Assembly: GCA_037445995.1 (NCBI GenBank)
Contig: JBBIJK010000005.1
Span: forward strand, 16,433 to 80,200
Source: Actinomycetota bacterium
GTDB taxonomy: Bacteria; Actinomycetota; Coriobacteriia; Anaerosomatales; D1FN1-002
Reading direction: 5' to 3'
DNA length: 63,768 nt
Made by a program: the position numbers and the translations under genes. Positions 8,501-14,916 of this stretch are shown here, piece after piece. A model generated the notes under the pieces. It ran no database searches. It saw only the letters and a program-made list of their open reading frames with translations, and was not told where the DNA came from. The first letter of the stretch is position 1, and the number at the start of each line of letters is the position of its first letter.

Positions 8501-11500
8501 TTGGAGATGGCGGTCTTGGCAGCGCCGATCACGACAGGCGTCGGGACGAGCGATGGCGAGACGGACCACGCCGAGGGCACGGTGCCGTTGTGGCAGCTCA
8601 TGCAGAACTGCGTCCTGTCGTCCTTGGTGGCCCATGCGGCCGGCAGGTAGGTGTTGGTCGGCGAGGAGATCTTGGAGGTGTTCGAGACCTCGTGTGGGTT
8701 GTGGCAGTTCACGCACGCGACGCGAGAGCCAGAGGCGTTGCCAGAGACCGGGTGCGTGGATGCGCGAGAGAAGACCGCCTGGGTCGCGCGGTCCGCCACC
8801 GACATGGCCGCCACGCCGTAGTGGTCGGTCGTCGTGCCGTTGTGGCAGCGGAAGCAGGACTGCTCGAGCAGCGGGTCGACCATCGTGCCGCCAAGAGCCG
8901 AGAGCAGACGGCGCTCGGGCGAGACGTGCGCGGAGAACTTGTTGGCAGAGCTCTGGAACTGCTCCGTGGGGCTGTCGGAGTCGTGGCACTTGACGCAGTT
9001 GGCGCGGAAGGTCGATGAGCCGAACGTAGAGGTCGCGTTGTAGCTGTGCGTGGAGGTGGTGAACACCGAGCCGCTTATCGCCGCGACCCCGTTGCGGCCG
9101 TCACTGCGCTGGTTGGTGAGGTCCTTGGTGCGCGCCGTCGAGTGGCACGAGACGCAGATGCCGAAGCTGCCAGAACCGATGAAGTCGGTGTTGGTGGCAA
9201 GGGCGCCAGAGGTGTTGGTGATGGCGATGCGCAGGTTGGCGGCGGGCGAAGTCGGGCTCGAGCCGTTGAAGTAGTTGTGGTCGGTGTGGCACGAGACGCA
9301 GAAGACGTCCTGGTTCGATGTCGGGTAGGTCCCGGCGCCTGGCGCCATGTCGCCGGTGTAGGCGACGGTCGAGGTGCCCAGCACATGGTGGTAGGCGTTG
9401 GTCTTCTGGGTGCCGGCCATGTCCATGGTCTCGCGGAAGGCCGTGTGGCAGCTGTAGCAGTTCGAGCCGCCGTTGGAGATGCCGCCCGTGGGCTGGTGCG
9501 GGTCTGCGTGGCACTGCAGGCAGTCCTGCGTGGTGTCGTAGTGGTAGTGGCCGTTGACGTTGGGGAGCCTGAGCTTGGGGCCGACCGCCTGCCCGACCGC
9601 CGACTGCGTGAAGCGGCTGAAGCCAAGGGCGCGGTCCCCGACGGTGACGGACTGCATCGCCGAGCCGTTCCAGCCCGAGTTGCCGCTGGCGGTGGTGTGA
9701 CAGCTGAAGCAGAAGTTGCGGACACCCTGGGCGGTACCCACGTTGAGCTCGCCCACGCCGTCACCGACGGTCACCGTCGTGCCGTTGTACTGCGTGATCA
9801 CCTGCAGGCCGTACGTGGTCTCGCCCGAGCCGTGCGGGTTGTGGCACGCGTAGCACGGGATCGGCGAGCCGCCGGCGAACACGGTGCCGGTGGTGGACAC
9901 GGTGCGGTGGCCCGAGCGGGGGTCGGTGCTGGAGCCGCCGACCGACGTCGGGTACTTGGCCCTGATGTCCAGCGTCGATGGCGAGCCGTCGTGGCAGGTG
10001 AAGCAGAAGGTGAACGAGGTGTTCGTGAACGTGCTGGTGGACGGGGTGCCTCGCAGGTCGTCAAGGGGGTTGGCGGTCCCGTGGACATCGTGGCACTGCT
10101 TGCAGTCGCCGCTGACGTAGGGGTTGGGCGAGAAGTCGGGCCAGCGCACGTTGACCGTCGAGGTGTTGTGGATGCCGCGCGCGATCCAGGTGGCAAAGCC
10201 CGGCCAGGCGCCGTCGGTCGGGTAGAACGAGGCTGTCAGCGATGGATGGGCCTGCGCCGGGAACCCGGTCGAGGCGACGTTGTGGCACGCCTGGCAGACG
10301 CGGTTGTCGTTTGCGGTGATCGTCAGGGCGCCGATCGTGTTGACGTTGCTGGCGGCCTGGTAGGTGCCGAGCAGCTTGGGCGCCGCCGAGCCGTGCTTGT
10401 CGTGACAGTCGTCGCAGGTCTGGATCTCGCCGGCCGATATCGAGCCGTTGGGGATCCAGTGGCTGCGGGCCTGGTTGGGTGACTTGTTGGAGATGGCGGT
10501 CTTGGCAGCGCCGATCACGACAGGCGTCGGGACGAGCGATGGCGAGACGGACCACGCCGAGGGCACGGTGCCGTTGTGGCAGCTCATGCAGAACTGCGTC
10601 CTGTCGTCCTTGGTGGCCCATGCGGCCGGCAGGTAGGTGTTGGTCGGCGAGGAGATCTTGGAGGTGTTCGAGACCTCGTGTGGGTTGTGGCAGTTCACGC
10701 ACGCGACGCGAGAGCCAGAGGCGTTGCCAGAGACCGGGTGCGTGGATGCGCGAGAGAAGACCGCCTGGGTCGCGCGGTCCGCCACCGACATGGCCGCCAC
10801 GCCGTAGTGGTCGGTCGTCGTGCCGTTGTGGCAGCGGAAGCAGGACTGCTCGAGCAGCGGGTCGACCATCGTGCCGCCAAGAGCCGAGAGCAGACGGCGC
10901 TCGGGCGAGACGTGCGCGGAGAACTTGTTGGCAGAGCTCTGGAACTGCTCCGTGGGGCTGTCGGAGTCGTGGCACTTGACGCAGTTGGCGCGGAAGGTCG
11001 ATGAGCCGAACGTAGAGGTCGCGTTGTAGCTGTGCGTGGAGGTGGTGAACACCGAGCCGCTTATCGCCGCGACCCCGTTGCGGCCGTCACTGCGCTGGTT
11101 GGTGAGGTCCTTGGTGCGCGCCGTCGAGTGGCACGAGACGCAGATGCCGAAGCTGCCAGAACCGATGAAGTCGGTGTTGGTGGCAAGGGCGCCAGAGGTG
11201 TTGGTGATGGCGATGCGCAGGTTGGCGGCGGGCGAAGTCGGGCTCGAGCCGTTGAAGTAGTTGTGGTCGGTGTGGCACGAGACGCAGAAGACGTCCTGGT
11301 TCGATGTCGGGTAGGTCCCGGCGCCTGGCGCCATGTCGCCGGTGTAGGCGACGGTCGAGGTGCCCAGCACATGGTGGTAGGCGTTGGTCTTCTGGGTGCC
11401 GGCCATGTCCATGGTCTCGCGGAAGGCCGTGTGGCAGCTGTAGCACGCGCTCCCGCCGCTCGAGCCGCCCGGACTCGGGTTGTGGACGTTGTTGGTGGTC

Positions 11501-14500
11501 GCCCCCGTGTAGTCGCTGCCGTGGCATCCGTAGCACGACTGGGTGTCGGCGTTGTAGTGGCCGCTCACCGGCGGGATCTTCAGGTGGGCGCCGTTGGCGT
11601 CGTAGGCCGTGCGCGAGATGCCGAGGTGGACGTCCCCGGCCTGCAGGGTGACCATCGTCGAGCCGTTCCACGCCCAAGTGGAGGTGGACTCCGCCGAGCC
11701 GTGGCAGCTGAAGCAGAACCGGCGTACCGATGCGGGGGTCGGCGTGCCGGTGACCGTGATCTCACCCGTGCTGTCGCCGATCGTGATGGTCGCCCCGCGC
11801 GTGCGGGTGACGACCTTCAGACCGTATGGCGAGGCGGTGCCGTGCGGGTTGTGGCACTCGTAGCAGGGCAGCGCGCTGCCCGCGGCGAGCGAGCCTGGCG
11901 ACAGAGTGCGGTGGCCGAAGCGCGTGCCGGGGCTGCTAGCGCCGCCGAACGCCGACTGGACCGCGGTCCCGCCGGCCGCCACCGGGTAGTAGCGGCGGAT
12001 GTCGTCAGCAGCCGGGCTGCCGTCGTGACAGGTGAAGCAGAACGCGAAGGTCCCAGCCGAGTAGTTCGGCGTCGTAGTCGTCCCGCCTCGCAGGATGTCG
12101 AGGGTGTTGGAGGGCCCGTGCATGACGTGGCAGTTCTTGCAATCGCCGGTCGCAAGACCCGACGAGGGCCAGATCATGTTGGCCGTGGAGGTCCCGTGCA
12201 GCGAACCGGTGTGGTCGGCGGGGCTGTAGACGACCGCGTAGGTCGCCTCGCCGGGCCAGCGGCCCGTGAGCGGGTAGCCCGAAGCGTTGCGCGAGTAGGC
12301 GGTAAGAGCGCCTGAGTGGCAGCCGTAGCAGACGGTGGCGTTGTTGCCGGTCAGGGTGCGGGCGCCGATGCGCGAGACCGCCGCGGTCGCGTCGTACGTC
12401 CCCAGGAGTCTAGGGACGCGGCTGGCGTGGTTGTCGTGGCAGGCGGTGCACTGGATGCCGGGATTGGACGATGTGGAGGGCACCCTCGAGACGTCGGCGT
12501 GCAGGTTCAGCGAGGGCGTCCAGCCGGTGCGGTGATCGCCGCCTGAGTTCACGTAGGCGCCGGAGCCGCCGACTATCGCGATCAGGGTCGCGGCCGAGTC
12601 GGAAGCGCTGCCGTGGCAGTCGAAGCAGACCTGGTTCCCGACCGGGTTCGAGTAGCTGTTGTAGCGGTAGGTGACGGCGGGCGTCGTGATCTGCGTGCGG
12701 AGCAGCAGGTTGAAGGCGTTAGCGGGGTTCGGGTCCACCCCGGTCGTGGCCGGACGACGGTGCGGGGTGTGGCACGCGTCGCACTCGCGCTGAATCGACG
12801 CCATGTAGGCGTTGCGATGCACCCAGCGCGTGCCGCTGACCGACGGGCCGGTGGTGGCCACGACGGTGTCGTCGCCAAAACCGCCCTGGGAGTCGTAGGT
12901 CGAGCCCCAGCCGAAGGCAGCGGTGCCGGCGGTCGCGCCGTGGCACCTGTAGCAGGACTGCGCGCTCTTGGCCCCCAGCGACAGCGACTGGGCCGCGCCG
13001 TGAGGGGTGTGGCAGTTGGTGCAGTTGGCGATGTTGTAGCCCGAGAGATAGGTCCCGTGAGGGTCTGGTGAGGACATCGGCGACGTCGCCGAGACGTTCC
13101 CTGAAGCGTCGATGGCGCGGATCGTGTAGTAGTAGGTGTACTTCGCGGGCAGCGTCTCGGTGGTGCCCTTCGCGAACGTGGCCGAGGTGACCGAGGAGGG
13201 CACCGTCGCCACCTGCATCGGCGTGGCGGTGACCGTGCGGGAGCGCCACACCGTGTAGGTGGTGACTCCGCTCTGGTCGTCGCGCGCGGCGTTCCACGTC
13301 ACCGTGACCGAGGACAACCCGTCGACGCGAGCGAAGGGCCGTGACGGCGCGCTGGGCGGCGTGACGTCGAGCACCTCTAGACCGGTGGAGAAGGTGATGG
13401 GCTCGACCTCGCCAAGCGGATTGCCCGCGCGGTCGCGGAGGGCCGGCGAGATGCGGATGGCGTAGGTGCCGCCAGCCAGCGCCACCTTGGGCTTGAGTCT
13501 GACGGCCCTCTCACGGGCGGAGTAGGTGACCTCGGCCGACACCGGCTTGCCAGCGGCGTCGGCAAGACTGACCCCGCGCTCGGCCGTGGTCGGGTCAAGG
13601 CTCTCCGAGAAGGTCAGCGTGAACGAGTCCGCGCGGACGCGGGTGGCCCCCGTCGGCACAGATGCGGCGACGAAACGCGGGGGCACGCGATCGCGCACCG
13701 AGGCCATCCGCAGCCGCAGGGGGCTCCAGACCTTGGCCGGCGACATGTAGCTGGCGAAGGTCAGGCTCGGCCCCGCGCCGGGATAGGCGCGGACCTGCCA
13801 GCGTCCGGCGTTGCGCTCGAGCCAGACGACCGCGTCGCCCTGCGCCTCCACGCCCGACATCGGCCCCGAGCCGCGGGAGTCAAAGACGACGGGCTTGCGG
13901 TCCGAGAGCGAGAAGCCGTCGATGTGGAGGCGCTCGCCGGCGCTGTTGTCTATCCAGTACGCGACCCCGCCGCCCACCGTCGGCAGCGTCTGCTCCCCCG
14001 GCCCGGTGAAGACGTCGAAGGTCTCGCCGGTGGCCGAGTCCCAGGCCCTGAGGTCGAGGCTGTCCCCTGCGGCGGCGGCCCAGACCACGTAACGGCCGTC
14101 GGTGGAGGGCAGCATCTCGTTGACCGAGGTGCCAGCTATGGTCGTCTTGACGCCGCTGACCCGGTTCCAGATGCGAACGTCCGCGTCACCGCGGCCGCCG
14201 GCCTGCCCGGAGTAGTCCTCCCAGACCACCAGGTCGCCAGCCACCTGCGGGCGGCGCTTGGGACGGTTGTAGCCAGAGTCGATCCAAACCTCGGCGCCAA
14301 GGGAGATGTCAAAGCCGTAGACACCGGGGCTGTAGCCGGTGCGATAGTCCTCCCAGACCACCAGGTCGCCCCAGACCGACGGATTGACCTGGTCGTTGGC
14401 GGCCGCGCACACGACCCGGGTGGTCCCCGAGGGGATATCGAAAAGGTGTATGTCGGCCGTGCCCGCCGCGTAGCTCACGTAGACCACGCGGTCACCGTAG

Positions 14501-14763
14501 ATAGCGGGCTGGATCTCATCGGCCGCCGAAGACGCGATTGCACGCGTCACACCGGACGCCGAGTCCATCAGCATGATGTCGAACGAGCCCCCCGAGCGGT
14601 CCGCCCACACCACCCAGCGACCCGAGATCGCCGGGGTCTCGGGCATGCGCCCGCCAGCGGCGAGGGGCGACCCCGCGCCGTTCAGCGCGACCGCGACGGC
14701 CGCGCACAGCGCGAAAGCCGTTGCGAGTGCAACGGCCAGATAGCGCCTCGACAGCGTACGCAT
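5575..14763 (-). CDS. Giant secreted multiheme c-type cytochrome (~3062 aa, ~49 CXXCH) with propeller-like, Ig-like and FN3-like N-terminal domains
   Basis: ORF 5575..14844. I place the start at ATG 14763 (GGGAG 6 nt upstream), which gives the signal-like MRTLSRRYLAVALATAFALCAAVAVA. There are seven GxxVVWxD-type repeats, then SbsA-Ig-like and FN3-like segments. I count 49 CXXCH motifs (CTNCH, CYRCH, CDACH ... CYQCH), many as CXXCHxxH(G). Confidence 0.9.
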   Translation of the reverse strand: MRTLSRRYLAVALATAFALCAAVAVALNGAGSPLAAGGRMPETPAISGRWVVWADRSGGSFDIMLMDSASGVTRAIASSAADEIQPAIYGDRVVYVSYAAGTADIHLFDIPSGTTRVVCAAANDQVNPSVWGDLVVWEDYRTGYSPGVYGFDISLGAEVWIDSGYNRPKRRPQVAGDLVVWEDYSGQAGGRGDADVRIWNRVSGVKTTIAGTSVNEMLPSTDGRYVVWAAAAGDSLDLRAWDSATGETFDVFTGPGEQTLPTVGGGVAYWIDNSAGERLHIDGFSLSDRKPVVFDSRGSGPMSGVEAQGDAVVWLERNAGRWQVRAYPGAGPSLTFASYMSPAKVWSPLRLRMASVRDRVPPRFVAASVPTGATRVRADSFTLTFSESLDPTTAERGVSLADAAGKPVSAEVTYSARERAVRLKPKVALAGGTYAIRISPALRDRAGNPLGEVEPITFSTGLEVLDVTPPSAPSRPFARVDGLSSVTVTWNAARDDQSGVTTYTVWRSRTVTATPMQVATVPSSVTSATFAKGTTETLPAKYTYYYTIRAIDASGNVSATSPMSSPDPHGTYLSGYNIANCTNCHTPHGAAQSLSLGAKSAQSCYRCHGATAGTAAFGWGSTYDSQGGFGDDTVVATTGPSVSGTRWVHRNAYMASIQRECDACHTPHRRPATTGVDPNPANAFNLLLRTQITTPAVTYRYNSYSNPVGNQVCFDCHGSASDSAATLIAIVGGSGAYVNSGGDHRTGWTPSLNLHADVSRVPSTSSNPGIQCTACHDNHASRVPRLLGTYDATAAVSRIGARTLTGNNATVCYGCHSGALTAYSRNASGYPLTGRWPGEATYAVVYSPADHTGSLHGTSTANMIWPSSGLATGDCKNCHVMHGPSNTLDILRGGTTTTPNYSAGTFAFCFTCHDGSPAADDIRRYYPVAAGGTAVQSAFGGASSPGTRFGHRTLSPGSLAAGSALPCYECHNPHGTASPYGLKVVTRTRGATITIGDSTGEITVTGTPTPASVRRFCFSCHGSAESTSTWAWNGSTMVTLQAGDVHLGISRTAYDANGAHLKIPPVSGHYNADTQSCYGCHGSDYTGATTNNVHNPSPGGSSGGSACYSCHTAFRETMDMAGTQKTNAYHHVLGTSTVAYTGDMAPGAGTYPTSNQDVFCVSCHTDHNYFNGSSPTSPAANLRIAITNTSGALATNTDFIGSGSFGICVSCHSTARTKDLTNQRSDGRNGVAAISGSVFTTSTHSYNATSTFGSSTFRANCVKCHDSDSPTEQFQSSANKFSAHVSPERRLLSALGGTMVDPLLEQSCFRCHNGTTTDHYGVAAMSVADRATQAVFSRASTHPVSGNASGSRVACVNCHNPHEVSNTSKISSPTNTYLPAAWATKDDRTQFCMSCHNGTVPSAWSVSPSLVPTPVVIGAAKTAISNKSPNQARSHWIPNGSISAGEIQTCDDCHDKHGSAAPKLLGTYQAASNVNTIGALTITANDNRVCQACHNVASTGFPAQAHPSLTASFYPTDGAWPGFATWIARGIHNTSTVNVRWPDFSPNPYVSGDCKQCHDVHGTANPLDDLRGTPSTSTFTNTSFTFCFTCHDGSPSTLDIRAKYPTSVGGSSTDPRSGHRTVSTTGTVFAGGSPIPCYACHNPHGSGETTYGLQVITQYNGTTVTVGDGVGELNVGTAQGVRNFCFSCHTTASGNSGWNGSAMQSVTVGDRALGFSRFTQSAVGQAVGPKLRLPNVNGHYHYDTTQDCLQCHADPHQPTGGISNGGSNCYSCHTAFRETMDMAGTQKTNAYHHVLGTSTVAYTGDMAPGAGTYPTSNQDVFCVSCHTDHNYFNGSSPTSPAANLRIAITNTSGALATNTDFIGSGSFGICVSCHSTARTKDLTNQRSDGRNGVAAISGSVFTTSTHSYNATSTFGSSTFRANCVKCHDSDSPTEQFQSSANKFSAHVSPERRLLSALGGTMVDPLLEQSCFRCHNGTTTDHYGVAAMSVADRATQAVFSRASTHPVSGNASGSRVACVNCHNPHEVSNTSKISSPTNTYLPAAWATKDDRTQFCMSCHNGTVPSAWSVSPSLVPTPVVIGAAKTAISNKSPNQARSHWIPNGSISAGEIQTCDDCHDKHGSAAPKLLGTYQAASNVNTIGALTITANDNRVCQACHNVASTGFPAQAHPSLTASFYPTDGAWPGFATWIARGIHNTSTVNVRWPDFSPNPYVSGDCKQCHDVHGTANPLDDLRGTPSTSTFTNTSFTFCFTCHDGSPSTLDIRAKYPTSVGGSSTDPRSGHRTVSTTGTVFAGGSPIPCYACHNPHGSGETTYGLQVITQYNGTTVTVGDGVGELNVGTAQGVRNFCFSCHTTASGNSGWNGSAMQSVTVGDRALGFSRFTQSAVGQAVGPKLRLPNVNGHYHYDTTQSCLGCHADVHQPTGGGSNGTLPCYGCHPYQAMNTGQTGFFHHVLDGSPPDAAPGTGAYPTSTSVLQCVSCHVDHNYFNANPAANLRFSIGAQPSTGGTNTDFIASGNPSYGICLSCHSSNMPRDNVNQRAGGGPIVFGISPQDYAASAHNYSVPGTLAAGQPNFRANCSKCHDDENTGSKAIGPDRFGLHFSAEATLLAGMGVSINATGTSYPTLCYRCHGFGNPNAVKRRDYYDSQPLTWPASRVESDFARPYRHPIGRERHSAQENTAAGWNVGATRHASCMDCHNVHATRSGASTLPEFHSVRPTDTAVPLGGALYGVWGVTISGSVNGTWTGSGTTITPAFPTYSKVETISYQWQLCLKCHSRYAWSTAATPLVSLSTANQSGAGAMGGGQQTDVGRDFNPSMTSYHPVFARGWNQPPVNANTNWNTSAGRRRIGTAEINNGLSNTFTNGWQAASLVTCTDCHTPHGSSSRWQLRGKDTAVKVTVAGGSVLLPNNNTNTNASNFCVNCHRADVYVNGATYRNLSRFNHSGCSRVDDAGTASWGMAHLMNIGCYQCHGARPRTGWPSSGALHGTNREASPTAQWTAAGYRMMNGAVWGASHRYEDVGANLPDGAANCVTQEFTSTYATCNEHGPTNPRGSDGVIYYYSRRR
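7541..11445 (-). repeat. In-frame tandem duplication, period 1986 bp (662 aa, 14 CXXCH per unit), two copies
   Basis: 7586..9459 matches 9572..11445 with no differences seen. Overlapping ORFs in several frames are duplicated exactly at offset 1986 (for example 7812..8210 and 9798..10196, or 8075..8989 and 10061..10975). Two synonymous mismatches occur at 7579/9565 and 7585/9571. Identity decays outside 7541 and 9459/11445. Confidence 0.9.
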
Positions 14764-14827
14764 TTGCGCTCCCGTATCCGAGACGAAGACCAGCGCGGCT
14801 GATAGCCGCCCTGACACCTTAATACGG

Positions 14828-14870
14828 ATTATCGGCCGATTCAATGTCAGACGCTGTGAGCGCCGTCACA
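14828..14870 (-). promoter_or_regulatory. Candidate promoter of the cytochrome operon: CRP/FNR-family palindrome TGTGA-N6-TCACA plus a GATAAT -10 box
   Basis: Perfect TGTGAgcgccgTCACA at 14855..14870, inside a longer imperfect palindrome (TGTC...GACA, 14846..14880). GATAAT on the minus strand at 14833..14828 places the palindrome centre at -41.5 if GATAAT is -12..-7. No good -35 hexamer. Confidence 0.4.
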
Positions 14871-14884
14871 CGAGACGACACTGT

Positions 14885-14916
14885 CGGCGCCCGCTACCGC
14901 CGGCGCCCGCTACCGC
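14885..14916. repeat. 16-bp perfect tandem direct repeat (cggcgcccgctaccgc x2) spanning the argH stop codon
   Basis: Read directly: 14885..14900 is identical to 14901..14916. The argH stop (TAG, 14912-14910) lies in the second copy. Confidence 0.9.

Noticed and set aside
7541-11445. Whether the 1986-bp repeat is a mobile element, a duplicated gene pair or a CRISPR-like array.
   Set aside because: It is entirely inside one reading frame, has a period divisible by 3, has no terminal inverted repeats, transposase or spacers, and encodes heme-binding modules. It is an intragenic tandem duplication.
6445-12315. Long plus-strand ORFs opposite the giant cytochrome gene (6445..8496, 9046..10482, 11032..12315 and many shorter ones).
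   Set aside because: Their translations are Arg/Gly/Ala/Val-rich low-complexity with no motifs. They mirror the minus-strand frame that carries 49 regularly spaced CXXCH motifs. These are typical antisense shadow ORFs of high-GC DNA.
14764-14844. N-terminal extension of the giant cytochrome ORF (MNRPIIRIKVSGRLSAALVFVSDTGAQ, TTG start).
   Set aside because: The ATG at 14763 has a GGGAG RBS and is followed at once by a canonical signal peptide. The extension would bury that signal, and it overlaps the putative promoter and 5' UTR hairpin.
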